A DNA stretch of 63,363 nucleotides, the filler included, from Craspedostauros australis (Eukaryota): NCBI GenBank assembly GCA_030167865.1. It is 12 parts of 12 records of this genome, joined end to end, with 100 filler letters (N's around TTAATTAATTAA, not from the genome) between each part and the next. Parts side by side here need not be neighbours in the genome. Positions count along the whole stretch, not along the records: positions 24,645 to 28,086 come from JALAGF010003474.1; positions 28,187 to 31,560 come from JALAGF010003475.1; positions 31,661 to 36,561 come from JALAGF010003476.1; 9 more parts are not named here. One strand, given 5' to 3'. Below, piece after piece: positions 24,645-36,561 of this stretch. The notes below the pieces were generated by a model. That model saw only the letters and a list, made by a program, of their open reading frames with translations, had not been told where the DNA came from and did no database searches. Within the stretch, counting starts at the first letter, position 1. Each line of letters begins with the position of its first letter. A program made the translations under genes and the position numbers.

Positions 24645-26753
24645 AGCTGCTGGAGGCGTTGCAGCTGCAGTGGTTGGGGTTTGGCCTGCAGCGCCCCCGC
24701 AGCCAGGAGCGCGGCGATGTTTGGCTGTGCGGACCCAAGCAATGACTGCCCCAACGCACCGTGCTGTCCAAGGAGCAGGGCATCGGCAGCGCTAACAGAA
24801 CTGCCACCGTTCAGAGCAGCCAAGATGGCCGCTGTTCCACCGCCTGCGGCGGCATTCGGAATGGCACTCCCGAGGAGGGCGTTGGCCGATTGCTGTGTGG
24901 CAGCTGACACAGAATTGGACACGGATGCCGTCTCTGCCGACGACGCATGCTGGTCCGCCCGAGGTTGCTGTGATTGTTGTTGCTTGTTGGCGGACGCAAC
25001 GGATGCCGATGAGCCGACTGCGTGCGGTGATGACTTGCGGGCGGAGGGCGCAGCAGTCTCGGCCATTGCAGCAGAGGCGGCTGTGGCATCGCTGGCCCTC
25101 GGCGCTTGTCCTCTCAGCGAGGTGAGAGCAGCCAGCACTGATTGCACGTTGTCCGTCGACAGGGCTGCGGCTGGAGGAGCCTTGACTTGCGCCGCTGGAG
25201 CGGCAGTTGCAGCGGTCGTGGTACCCCCATTACCACCGCCGCCGCTAGCGAGGAGCGCCAACAGCGCCGAGGCAGTCGACGGAGCTGCTGCTTGCAACTG
25301 AGCTTGAGCCTGGGCTTGCGCTTGTCTCGCTGCTTCCGTCGGGGTTCCGTTCACAGATGCGGAGGCCACACTTGGTGATACTGGGGCAACCCGTGACGCA
25401 TGCGTTGATGGGTTGGCACCGCTTGACGACGTAGCAGGAGCGGGTGCAGGCGATGGAGCTGGCGGCGATGCCGCGGCTGACAGGATGGCCTGCAGGGACG
25501 ACAAAGACTGCAGCGCTTGTCCAGACAGGCCGTTGGAGGCGGCTGGCACATCGACGCCCATTGGCTTGGCGCTGGAAGAGCTCAACGCAGCAGCAGTTGT
25601 TGTTGGGGGTGCTGGCGCAGTCGCGGCTGGTGCCGATGCCGAGAGAGCAGCAGCCATGGAGATGGCGGCCATGCCGTCCATCGCCCGCATGTTGCGAATG
25701 GCGTTGATGTCGACACCTCCCATGTTGTTCATGATGCTCATGAGGGTGGATGCAGAGTGAGAAGTCCCCTGGTTGTTGGCGAGGTTGGTACCGTCTCCGT
25801 TGCCGCTGCTGCTGATGTTGCCAGTCGAGCACACGCTGGTCCTCGACCTCTTGCTGCTGCCGCTGCTGCGCCTGCCGATGGCGGATCGCTTGCCAGTGGC
25901 GGCCATGCTGGCAGCCGCAGCAGCAACAGCAGCCGACATGGCCTGTTCGCCGGTTATGCCTGCCAAGCGCAGGTGATGGCGGCCGTCAGCAGCGATGCTG
26001 GGGTGGGATGAATCCATGGAGAAGGCAGCCATGGCAGGGGTGGACGAAAGCGTGGGGCTGCCTGACGCTGGCGAGGCGGGGCCCTTGATCTTGATGCGCT
26101 TCATCTGGTTGCAGAGATCCACGCGTCCCCTGATGAAGTAGGGATGGAAGATGGAGCCCTTGCCCCTTCCCTTGCGGATGGTGGAGAAGCCCCAGAGGTT
26201 GAGCTGTCTCTGGAAGCTCTTGATCTTGGTTTGGTTGAAGAACTTGGGCACTGTGCCATTGTGCCATTGTGGCGTTGTGACATTGTGCCAAGCGATGTTA
26301 TGAGGAGTAGAGTGAGTAATGGAAGGTGACAGGAAGAGAAGGGGTTAGAGCTAGCATGAAGACGAGAGCGAAGGAGACGCGATTCTCCAAATCATTCTTT
26401 TGGCTCTGTTGGTGATGGCTTTGTGCATGAATCTTCATAACGGAAAGGTAAGGTGATGAAGGCGGGCAGATGACGGCATGGACAGACGAACAAACGAACG
26501 AACTCATATCCCCATGCTTCCATGCTTCCATACTTCCATACATGGACTCTATCTATCTAGCTATCTATCTGTCTGTGTGTGTGTGTGCGCGTGTGAACTC
26601 ACTGACTTGCTCCACAAAGCTGGTCTTGTCGAAGACCTGAAAGGCGTTGCCCTCTGGCAACCACGAGACCACCGATGTGTAGTTCTCTTCCTCTGCGTTC
26701 ATCAGCATCTTGTGGAGCTTCCACGGGAACTGGACTGTGCTGTCTGTCTTCAT
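24645..26753 (-). CDS. HSF gene, redundant/allelic copy 2, 3'-truncated; exons 26753-26603 and 26250-24645
   Basis: Reverse complement of window positions 93-2201; the ORF translations are identical. Confidence 0.9.
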
Positions 26754-28186
26754 CGTTGTTGTCTCTTTATCTATTGCTCTTCTCCTTTCCTTGGTTTGAT
26801 GTGAGTGATGCTGTTGGTGATGCTGTTGTTGTATTGTGTGGTTGTGGTTGATGATGATGATGATGATGATGGCGAGAATGACGATTCCGATGGTGATGGA
26901 GAAGGGGCGGACAACCACCAACAAAATAACGTGGAAGACAACACGCAAAACCGAAATCTAGTGAACGCACACACGTAAATCAACGCGAAAGGGGAGGAGA
27001 AGCTGGTTTGGTGATGGGCGATTGTGATGTCCTTTGCGTACAGCACGGTACTTGACCTACGTGGCCTTCCTTCGTTGTTTTTTCGATCCAAACGAAAGAA
27101 GAACCCCCATGCTTCGCGACAACCACAAACCACCGCTTGGTCCGTCCTTTGACAGCGCAGCGCTGTACCAACTTCGACAGCGACAACAACAACAGAAACG
27201 ATGGGCATACGCTACAGCACAACAGTAATGCACCATACCGTAAGTGCGCACACACGAGTGCGACAGAAGCGCACAAAAACACCACCACCACAAGGGCGAA
27301 ACGAAGGAACAACACGAACAGCCCAGATCAGGCCAGATCGGAGCACCGTTCCATCACTCTCCATGTACAGTACTGTATTCTACTGCGTTCTACGAGCAGT
27401 TCTGCATGAGAATGCGCGACGATGCTGCTGCGAACCAACCCGCGTTAACGCTCCATAAGCGCGCACAAAACCGATCACAACGTCAACCCGCTCTCGCACT
27501 TGGTTGTCTCCACGCAGTTCGGCGGTTGGAAAGAGAAGGGGGGAAGGAGGGTTCATCGTGCTTGTTCTGTGGGATTGAGGTGTTCGTCTTTCGGTAAACC
27601 CTGTTTCCGCACCAGAGCATCGGTATTCGTGAAGTGCAACCACGGAGGGTTCGCAGGCACAGTTCCTTGTCTTGTTCCTATTCCTGTTTTCCTGTCAACT
27701 CCAGTCGAATGTAGCGCAGCGCAATACAGTGCAGCGAAATGCAGTGTAATAGTGAAGTGTAACAGACTATCCGTGGAGTGTGTACTGGACTGTACGTACC
27801 ATTTAGTACTGCTCGCACATATCGCACACATCGAATGTTCGTTTACCGGTGCCTCCTTGTGTCCTTGTGCGCGTTTCGTGCGTGTCGTTCCATCGTGGGG
27901 AGACTATTCGCGTGCCAAGGGCGAGGTACTGAAACACAGGACGTGCTGAGACGTGGCGTGCTCCACATCAGGGGCTGTTCTTTGGATAACTTCGGCTGTG
28001 TTTGATTGGCGTGCCGACTGAAGGGTTCGCAACCCTGTTCAAGCATCAGTTCGCGTTGTCATTCGTTTCTGTTTCCGCTTAAAGGANNNNNNNNNNNNNN
28101 NNNNNNNNNNNNNNNNNNNNNNNNNNNNNNTTAATTAATTAANNNNNNNNNNNNNNNNNNNNNNNNNNNNNNNNNNNNNNNNNNNN

Positions 28187-30295
28187 AGCTGCTGGAGGCG
28201 TTGCAGCTGCAGTGGTTGGGGTTTGGCCTGCAGCGCCCCCGCAGCCAGGAGCGCGGCGATGTTTGGCTGTGCGGACCCAAGCAATGACTGCCCCAACGCA
28301 CCGTGCTGTCCAAGGAGCAGGGCATCGGCAGCGCTAACAGAACTGCCACCGTTCAGAGCAGCCAAGATGGCCGCTGTTCCACCGCCTGCGGCGGCATTCG
28401 GAATGGCACTCCCGAGGAGGGCGTTGGCCGATTGCTGTGTGGCAGCTGACACAGAATTGGACACGGATGCCGTCTCTGCCGACGACGCATGCTGGTCCGC
28501 CCGAGGTTGCTGTGATTGTTGTTGCTTGTTGGCGGACGCAACGGATGCCGATGAGCCGACTGCGTGCGGTGATGACTTGCGGGCGGAGGGCGCAGCAGTC
28601 TCGGCCATTGCAGCAGAGGCGGCTGTGGCATCGCTGGCCCTCGGCGCTTGTCCTCTCAGCGAGGTGAGAGCAGCCAGCACTGATTGCACGTTGTCCGTCG
28701 ACAGGGCTGCGGCTGGAGGAGCCTTGACTTGCGCCGCTGGAGCGGCAGTTGCAGCGGTCGTGGTACCCCCATTACCACCGCCGCCGCTAGCGAGGAGCGC
28801 CAACAGCGCCGAGGCAGTCGACGGAGCTGCTGCTTGCAACTGAGCTTGAGCCTGGGCTTGCGCTTGTCTCGCTGCTTCCGTCGGGGTTCCGTTCACAGAT
28901 GCGGAGGCCACACTTGGTGATACTGGGGCAACCCGTGACGCATGCGTTGATGGGTTGGCACCGCTTGACGACGTAGCAGGAGCGGGTGCAGGCGATGGAG
29001 CTGGCGGCGATGCCGCGGCTGACAGGATGGCCTGCAGGGACGACAAAGACTGCAGCGCTTGTCCAGACAGGCCGTTGGAGGCGGCTGGCACATCGACGCC
29101 CATTGGCTTGGCGCTGGAAGAGCTCAACGCAGCAGCAGTTGTTGTTGGGGGTGCTGGCGCAGTCGCGGCTGGTGCCGATGCCGAGAGAGCAGCAGCCATG
29201 GAGATGGCGGCCATGCCGTCCATCGCCCGCATGTTGCGAATGGCGTTGATGTCGACACCTCCCATGTTGTTCATGATGCTCATGAGGGTGGATGCAGAGT
29301 GAGAAGTCCCCTGGTTGTTGGCGAGGTTGGTACCGTCTCCGTTGCCGCTGCTGCTGATGTTGCCAGTCGAGCACACGCTGGTCCTCGACCTCTTGCTGCT
29401 GCCGCTGCTGCGCCTGCCGATGGCGGATCGCTTGCCAGTGGCGGCCATGCTGGCAGCCGCAGCAGCAACAGCAGCCGACATGGCCTGTTCGCCGGTTATG
29501 CCTGCCAAGCGCAGGTGATGGCGGCCGTCAGCAGCGATGCTGGGGTGGGATGAATCCATGGAGAAGGCAGCCATGGCAGGGGTGGACGAAAGCGTGGGGC
29601 TGCCTGACGCTGGCGAGGCGGGGCCCTTGATCTTGATGCGCTTCATCTGGTTGCAGAGATCCACGCGTCCCCTGATGAAGTAGGGATGGAAGATGGAGCC
29701 CTTGCCCCTTCCCTTGCGGATGGTGGAGAAGCCCCAGAGGTTGAGCTGTCTCTGGAAGCTCTTGATCTTGGTTTGGTTGAAGAACTTGGGCACTGTGCCA
29801 TTGTGCCATTGTGGCGTTGTGACATTGTGCCAAGCGATGTTATGAGGAGTAGAGTGAGTAATGGAAGGTGACAGGAAGAGAAGGGGTTAGAGCTAGCATG
29901 AAGACGAGAGCGAAGGAGACGCGATTCTCCAAATCATTCTTTTGGCTCTGTTGGTGATGGCTTTGTGCATGAATCTTCATAACGGAAAGGTAAGGTGATG
30001 AAGGCGGGCAGATGACGGCATGGACAGACGAACAAACGAACGAACTCATATCCCCATGCTTCCATGCTTCCATACTTCCATACATGGACTCTATCTATCT
30101 AGCTATCTATCTGTCTGTGTGTGTGTGTGCGCGTGTGAACTCACTGACTTGCTCCACAAAGCTGGTCTTGTCGAAGACCTGAAAGGCGTTGCCCTCTGGC
30201 AACCACGAGACCACCGATGTGTAGTTCTCTTCCTCTGCGTTCATCAGCATCTTGTGGAGCTTCCACGGGAACTGGACTGTGCTGTCTGTCTTCAT
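28187..30295 (-). CDS. HSF gene, redundant/allelic copy 3, 3'-truncated; exons 30295-30145 and 29792-28187
   Basis: Same end points as copy 2; the differences seen are only upstream of the ATG. Confidence 0.9.
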
Positions 30296-31660
30296 CGTTG
30301 TTGTCTCTTTATCTATTGCTCTTCTCCTTTCCTTGGTTTGATGTGAGTGATGCTGTTGGTGATGCTGTTGTTGTATTGTGTGGTTGTTGTTGTTGATGAC
30401 GATGATGATGGCGAGAATGAGGATTCCGACAACGATGGAGAAGGGGCGGACAACCACCAACAAAATAACGTGGAGAACAACACGCAAAACCGAAATCTAG
30501 TGAACGCACACACGTAAATCAACGCGAAAGGGGAGGAGAAGCTGGTTTGGTGATGGGCGGTTGTGATGTCCTTTGTGTACAGCACGGTACTTGGCCTACG
30601 TGGCCTTCCTTCGTTGTTTTTTCGATCCAAACGAAAGAAGAACCCACATGCTTCGCGACAACCACAAAACACCATGGCATACGTTACAGCGCGACAGTAC
30701 TGCACCATACCGTAAGTGCGCACATACGAGTGCGACAGAAGCGCACAAAAACACCACCACCACCACAAGGCGAAACGAAGGAACAACACGAACAGCCCAG
30801 ATCAGGCCAGATCGGAGCACCGTTCCATCACTCTCCATGTACAGTACTGTATTCTACTGCGTTCTACGAGCAGTTCTGCATGAGAATGCGCGACGATGCT
30901 GCTGCGAACCAACCCGCGTTAACGCTCCATAAGCGCGCACAAAACCGATCACAACGTCAACCCGCTCTCGCACTTGGTTGTCTCCACGCAGTTCGGCGGT
31001 TGGAAAGAGAAGGGGGGAAGGAGGGTTCATCGTGCTTGTTCTGTGGGATTGAGGTGTTCGTCTTTCGGTAAACCCTGTTTCCGCACCAGAGCATCGGTAT
31101 TCGTGAAGTGCAACCACGGAGGGTTCGCAGGCACAGTTCCTTGTCTTGTTCCTATTCCTGTTTTCCTGTCAACTCCAGTCGAATGTAGCGCAGCGCAATA
31201 CAGTGCAGCGAAATGCAGTGTAATAGTGAAGTGTAACAGACTATCCGTGGAGTGTGTACTGGACTGTACGTACCATTTAGTACTGCTCGCACATATCGCA
31301 CACATCGAATGTTCGTTTACCGGTGCCTCCTTGTGTCCTTGTGCGCGTTTCGTGCGTGTCGTTCCATCGTGGGGAGACTATTCGCGTGCCAAGGGCGAGG
31401 TACTGAAACACAGGACGTGCTGAGACGTGGCGTGCTCCACATCAGGGGCTGTTCTTTGGATAACTTCGGCTGTGTTTGATTGGCGTGCCGACTGAAGGGT
31501 TCGCAACCCTGTTCAAGCATCAGTTCGCGTTGTCATTCGTTTCTGTTTCCGCTTAAAGGANNNNNNNNNNNNNNNNNNNNNNNNNNNNNNNNNNNNNNNN
31601 NNNNTTAATTAATTAANNNNNNNNNNNNNNNNNNNNNNNNNNNNNNNNNNNNNNNNNNNN

Positions 31661-34600
31661 GTCTCGTCCTGCGTACAAAATTGGCACTTTGGTGAGTCCT
31701 TCTGACCCATCTGGTGCAGCTTCTTGTTCACCCCGACGAAGCCTGACGACCACTTCGATATGAACCGCGTCATCTCTTTGTTCTTCCTCGACGACCGCGC
31801 CTTTTTGTATGTATGCCAGTCCACTTGGGTCAGCTGAGCTTCGTCCCATTGGAACTTCGACGACCAATAGGTCGCAGCTGTCGCCGATTACAGAAGTTCG
31901 TGCAGTTCTCTAGCGTCGACGTGCGAATAATCCGCATTGCGTAGGCGCAAGCACCATCTATCCGTGTCAGTTTCCCAGCGCTTCACCAGCCTTCGATCCG
32001 CTGTATCGGTCCAGAACAGTTTGGCCTGTTCATCGGCCACAACGTTGAGCTGCTCCAGTGTCGTCAGCTTCTTCCCGGTGTCGTCTTGGTGGCCTTTCAT
32101 CCACTCCCACTTCAGGGTCGCTTGGATTTCATGGCGTAGTGAACGGATCTCGGTAAGAATGTCCCAGTCCCGTTGCCCAGGGCGAAGCCCGTCTTCTTGG
32201 GCCTGCAGCATGGCTTGCTTGCCGTCCAGAGCTATAGTGATTTCACACGTCGAGTCCAGGTCTTGCATCAAGACGATCACTGAAAGTGACGCCCATATGC
32301 CAGCCAGCTCGCTTCTGTAGGCGCTTTGGACCTCGGCGGGCCCCGGCACGAACGTCTGGCATTGCAGTCGAGCGCGCGATTCCGCATCGAAGAATATGGA
32401 GGCAGACGTGCCCCTGGAATCCTTGAAGGAACCGTCGCTCACAACGAGCAGACGTCCTTCGCGCGCCGCTTGCACTGCGTCTCGCCATCGCAACTCTCCA
32501 TGGAGATTCTCGATGGGTTCGTATGGCTCTGGTGGCTCCTCGGCCGCCTGCGTCAATCCTAAGTGCCCGTCCCATGTCAACCCAGTGTCCGTAATGATCA
32601 CTGACACCCTCTTGGCGCCCTCTGGGAGCCCTGGTACCGTACCACGGCTGACGTAGGGCTGTCTGCGCGTCCATCGTCGTCGCTGTGGCAGATACCTTCG
32701 AATAGGCTGGGATGCCGTGTCCAGGATAATATTGCTGTAAGGGAACTTCCACCATCTCCAGGTCCCGTCGTCCCTATACCACCTGCCCAGCGGTTCGTGC
32801 AGAAGCAGCCCGTGGAAGCACATAGACTTGCACCAGCGCTGCCATTCTTTCCACCAACCACTTGGAAGCCGGTTGGGCTGCTTTGCCCAGTGTCTGGTGG
32901 CGTTCGAACTCAGGGTGCCGTCGTGGGCGCCTGCCAGAATCCTGGTGCCGTCAGCGGACACCACATCCGACATTCGCAACACTCCAAGCTTCTGTCGGAC
33001 CATGTTCAGGTGGAGCAGTTGTACGCCTTTGATGCGTTGTTGCAACCAGATGTCCATGAGGAATCGATCGCCCACTCGTTGGACTTCCGGAGTGCGCGTC
33101 GTCTCATGAATCGCAATGCGCGTGTCTTGTAGCTGCTTCCATAACCCTGTCACCCAGCAGCTGGTGGCACAGTGGCCTACGCTGTCAAACGGATACTGAA
33201 ACAGGGACTTCCCGAGCCCTAACTCCTCCTTGAGGGCCAGGATGGAACACTTGATCATCTCACCGGTTTGAGTTCCTCGATGCACTTCATCGAATGCCAG
33301 CTGCATTTGCGAAACCAACTGCGCGTTGACAGGGTTGATGATTCCCAATCCTCCGAGCGACGCCGGGCTGTAGACCAGGTCTCGAGGGAAAGTCCTTGAC
33401 ACACCCATTTTTGGCAGCGCTGCCAGGAGCGCCGGCGCCATGACCCATCTCCACTGTTGTTGGGAGAGCTGGGTCATTGGTAATGAATACTCGACCGTCT
33501 TCATAAAGCGTAGAGAAAGCGCCGACCGTGCGTCTTCCGGAGAAATTTGCGCTGTCCGCATACGTCCACCGAAGTCTTCAGCCTTCGCACGCAGCCTTTG
33601 CATCTGTTGCTCTTGATCACCGTCGAAGTCGATGAATACCCCCAGTGTGAACAACGGTTGCTCCATCGTTCTGAAGGGTATCGCTGCCTGCTCTCCGTTG
33701 CCGTCCTCGATCCGAATATCGATCGGCGTGTCCACGTTGTCCCAAGACCACTCGCCGCCGACAAATGCCGGCTGGATGGCCCACCAGGCCGACTTGGCCG
33801 GAACCAGTGCTCCGCCCGTGACTCTCAGTAGGCGACTCCAGTCCTGCACCATGCGTTTGAAGCTTTCCGTGTCTGACCCTTCGTTGTCGACCGTCTCCAG
33901 CCGGACCAAGTCTGTGTCATCCACAAACGCTGATCCCAGCATTGTGATCGCCTCGCCGTCGGGCGTGGGGAGGATGGATGCGTGCCCCAGGGCTTCCATG
34001 GCGTTGAACATCACCGAGCTGATGACTGCCCATATCGCCGGGCCTGCACCGTTGCCTTGACCTATGCCGTGCATGTCGCAGTCCGGTCCTCGACTGTAGG
34101 TTCGCACCGACACCCCGTACGCTGTACTGATGTGATGCTCAGCGTCGCGCAGCGTCTTGAACATGCTCCGAGTGGCTGCTCCGTTCGCGCCTGCCGCCAT
34201 CATGGCGGTAGCTGCGAAGTTCGGAACGATCCTGTCATAGCATGATTTGGCGTCGTTCGAACAGAACGCAATGGCCACCTTCCGCTGGAATCCCAAGTCG
34301 ATACTCATCCTTTTGTTCAGGGCGGCGCTTATCGCCGATCTGCACTTCCTGCTCCCAAATTGAAATCCTGACAACCATCCTGCTGCCTCGGCTGTTTTCA
34401 TCATCTGCTTACCCAGCCTTTTGTTGTTCAAGTTAAACTGGGCATCCATGAGCTGGATCGTCCGCATTTTCTCGATGTTAAACACCTGCGCTTTCTTCAG
34501 AATTTCAACGTCCGTGATACGTTGCCACGGTTTCGGAGAGTGGCCTGTTTGGTAAGGAATGTCTCGTAGCATCGCATCTGCTTGTGCCAGACTCTCTACC

Positions 34601-36561
34601 ATCATCGAGGCCTTGTAGTGGCCAAAGTGTGGAGTGCTCGGCTCCGAGTTGGTGAGCTCGGTTTGCTTCTTCCATGCCTTCTGGTGTTCTTCAGTTGACA
34701 ATTCTGTCACGTCCTGGGCGATGGGTTGTAGCGATTCAAGGAGGATCCTTATCATCGGATCCAGCTCCTTGGGTGAGGTGCCTTCCGCGTTGATAAGCTG
34801 GGACTCCAACTCGGGTCTCCAGATTCGGTCCATGATTTTCTTGTCTCTGCCCGTCATGCACGGGGTACGGTTGGCTTGTGAGAAGCGTTGCTTGTTCTCA
34901 CGGATGCATGCGGTCACGATGTCGTGCTGCTCCGTGCACTCGTGCACTTCTCCCGTGTTGTCGGTGAACAGCACCTTCGTTGTCATTGATTTGTCTTGAC
35001 CGAAGATGGCTCGTAGGCGACCTGCTTGCTCGCGCTGCCGTTCCCGGTTCATGAGCATCTGCAGCGCCGCCTCGTATTCCTGATCGTGGGCGTCGTGACG
35101 CTGTCGTGCTATCTCCACCAAGTGATCTTTCCGAGCTCGTTGGTGTTCCTTCCTCTGCTCGTAGTATGAGGCGTAGGCCTCGGTCCTGCTTTGCTTCACT
35201 TGATCCAGCGACTGTCCTGCCGACAGCCCTACCAGTTTCCTGGTGCGCAGTCGTAAGGACGAGCTGACTTTCACTCCGGATAAATGTTTCACTTCCAGGG
35301 ACCAGTGCTTGATCACGTTCCTCGCGTGCTGCAGCTCTGGTGACCACGCCACGGCTCCCATCTTCAGCTTGCGACACTTCTTTTCTGCGTATCGTCGAAT
35401 CTCGTAGGTCTGGTTCATCAGCTTGTCGTATTTGGTTCGTTGGAGATTAGTCATACTCCACCCCTGCGCTTTCGCTTCCAGCCACACGCTTCTCACTCTG
35501 TCCAGTATATTGTGCTTGCCGTATTCTTCTAGCAGCATATCGTTGTACTTCTGGGTCACTCGTGGATCGCTGAGGACCAGGCACCTTGGCTGTGGCTTCC
35601 TGATGGGCTGGATGCCTGACCCGAGCACCTGTGCGAAGTCGATGTCCACCCAGACCGCTCTGTGGTCCGACGGTATCGCCATCCCAAAACCCAGATAGCC
35701 TGCCTTTTTTAGGAGTACTCCTTCGGACGCGAAGATCACATTGATGGGGACATTGTTGTTGTTTCGTTGCTGCGTTGCCTGCTGGGCAAGCTCCCCAATC
35801 CTGTTTCGTACCGCATTCTTCATTCCCACGGCCTCCAACTGGTGTAGAGTTCGGCTGTCCATGGTGCTGTCGTTGAGGTCCACGCCCAGGATGATGGATT
35901 CGCCTGCGGCCTTCCAGGTCCTTATTTCGTTTGCGATATCCTTGATCCATGCTTCGTGTGGGTCTTCGTCTCTACTGGCCGATGTCAGCGCTCGCACCTG
36001 TTGGGACCAAACTGTGTTCGTCCCTTCCGTCGATCGGCAAGGCCTGTATGCGGCAATGACCCGTAGCCTTTTGTCTCTTTTTCCTTCGGTGAGCGTCCAG
36101 CACCATCTTCCCATCCCACTCTCGTCAATCCCGCTCTTGAATGTGCGTGCGGCGATTTGGGCTGTCACTACCACTCCTGCACCCCCATACATCCTGGGAT
36201 CTCGTCGGTCGTCGTGTGTGTTGTATGCGAAGACATGTTTTGATCTTGGCAGCTGGCGCCGGGTTCGTTCCGACCATTGGTCCTGGGGTCGGACGTGATC
36301 CCACCGTAGGTTCGTTTCTGCCAGGCACAGAATGTCGAGATCGCTCGTCTTTATGAATTCGAAGATCTCTTCATTCTTCTGCTGGTAGGCGTGAATGGGA
36401 ATTTGAGCTGCGTTCTGGAACACAATGCGAATCGTCGCTGTTGTTTTGCTTTCCATCGCATCTCCGCAAGCATCGTTTAGCCTACTCGCGTTCGGTGGGT
36501 TGTCTTGGTCCGCCATCGTCTCCGTTCGCTACTCTGTGGAAGCTGTGGTATGGCTGTGTAG
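31661..36561 (-). mobile_element. Non-LTR retrotransposon ORF2 (APE endonuclease, RT, RNase H, Cys knuckle), resembling diatom Ambal-type elements; both ends cut by contig ends
   Basis: APE: IVFQN, LCLAETN, VIAAYRP, LGVDLND, SDHRAVW. RT: NDAKSCYDRI, GIGQGNGAGP, AFVDDTDL. RNase H: VSDGSF, AYRSELAG, ALDG, KGHQD, NVVADEQAK. Clade assignment is by domain architecture only. Confidence 0.93.
31888..36516 (-). CDS. Retrotransposon ORF2 polyprotein, 1542 aa up to a premature TAA; the frame continues to the contig end at 31661
   Basis: After the TAA at 31888-31890 the same frame reads SATAATYWSSKFQW...VDW...FISKWSSG...KCQFCTQDE. Confidence 0.88.
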   Translation of the reverse strand: MADQDNPPNASRLNDACGDAMESKTTATIRIVFQNAAQIPIHAYQQKNEEIFEFIKTSDLDILCLAETNLRWDHVRPQDQWSERTRRQLPRSKHVFAYNTHDDRRDPRMYGGAGVVVTAQIAARTFKSGIDESGMGRWCWTLTEGKRDKRLRVIAAYRPCRSTEGTNTVWSQQVRALTSASRDEDPHEAWIKDIANEIRTWKAAGESIILGVDLNDSTMDSRTLHQLEAVGMKNAVRNRIGELAQQATQQRNNNNVPINVIFASEGVLLKKAGYLGFGMAIPSDHRAVWVDIDFAQVLGSGIQPIRKPQPRCLVLSDPRVTQKYNDMLLEEYGKHNILDRVRSVWLEAKAQGWSMTNLQRTKYDKLMNQTYEIRRYAEKKCRKLKMGAVAWSPELQHARNVIKHWSLEVKHLSGVKVSSSLRLRTRKLVGLSAGQSLDQVKQSRTEAYASYYEQRKEHQRARKDHLVEIARQRHDAHDQEYEAALQMLMNRERQREQAGRLRAIFGQDKSMTTKVLFTDNTGEVHECTEQHDIVTACIRENKQRFSQANRTPCMTGRDKKIMDRIWRPELESQLINAEGTSPKELDPMIRILLESLQPIAQDVTELSTEEHQKAWKKQTELTNSEPSTPHFGHYKASMMVESLAQADAMLRDIPYQTGHSPKPWQRITDVEILKKAQVFNIEKMRTIQLMDAQFNLNNKRLGKQMMKTAEAAGWLSGFQFGSRKCRSAISAALNKRMSIDLGFQRKVAIAFCSNDAKSCYDRIVPNFAATAMMAAGANGAATRSMFKTLRDAEHHISTAYGVSVRTYSRGPDCDMHGIGQGNGAGPAIWAVISSVMFNAMEALGHASILPTPDGEAITMLGSAFVDDTDLVRLETVDNEGSDTESFKRMVQDWSRLLRVTGGALVPAKSAWWAIQPAFVGGEWSWDNVDTPIDIRIEDGNGEQAAIPFRTMEQPLFTLGVFIDFDGDQEQQMQRLRAKAEDFGGRMRTAQISPEDARSALSLRFMKTVEYSLPMTQLSQQQWRWVMAPALLAALPKMGVSRTFPRDLVYSPASLGGLGIINPVNAQLVSQMQLAFDEVHRGTQTGEMIKCSILALKEELGLGKSLFQYPFDSVGHCATSCWVTGLWKQLQDTRIAIHETTRTPEVQRVGDRFLMDIWLQQRIKGVQLLHLNMVRQKLGVLRMSDVVSADGTRILAGAHDGTLSSNATRHWAKQPNRLPSGWWKEWQRWCKSMCFHGLLLHEPLGRWYRDDGTWRWWKFPYSNIILDTASQPIRRYLPQRRRWTRRQPYVSRGTVPGLPEGAKRVSVIITDTGLTWDGHLGLTQAAEEPPEPYEPIENLHGELRWRDAVQAAREGRLLVVSDGSFKDSRGTSASIFFDAESRARLQCQTFVPGPAEVQSAYRSELAGIWASLSVIVLMQDLDSTCEITIALDGKQAMLQAQEDGLRPGQRDWDILTEIRSLRHEIQATLKWEWMKGHQDDTGKKLTTLEQLNVVADEQAKLFWTDTADRRLVKRWETDTDRWCLRLRNADYSHVDARELHELL

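Noticed and set aside
28022..28036. Hairpin AGGGTT-CGC-AACCCT as a tRNA arm or telomere seed
   Set aside because: No cloverleaf context and only a single short stem.
1..31560. HSF triplication or a giant inverted repeat flanking contig 1
   Set aside because: The copies are on separate contigs with identical end points, which is best explained as haplotype bubbles of one locus.
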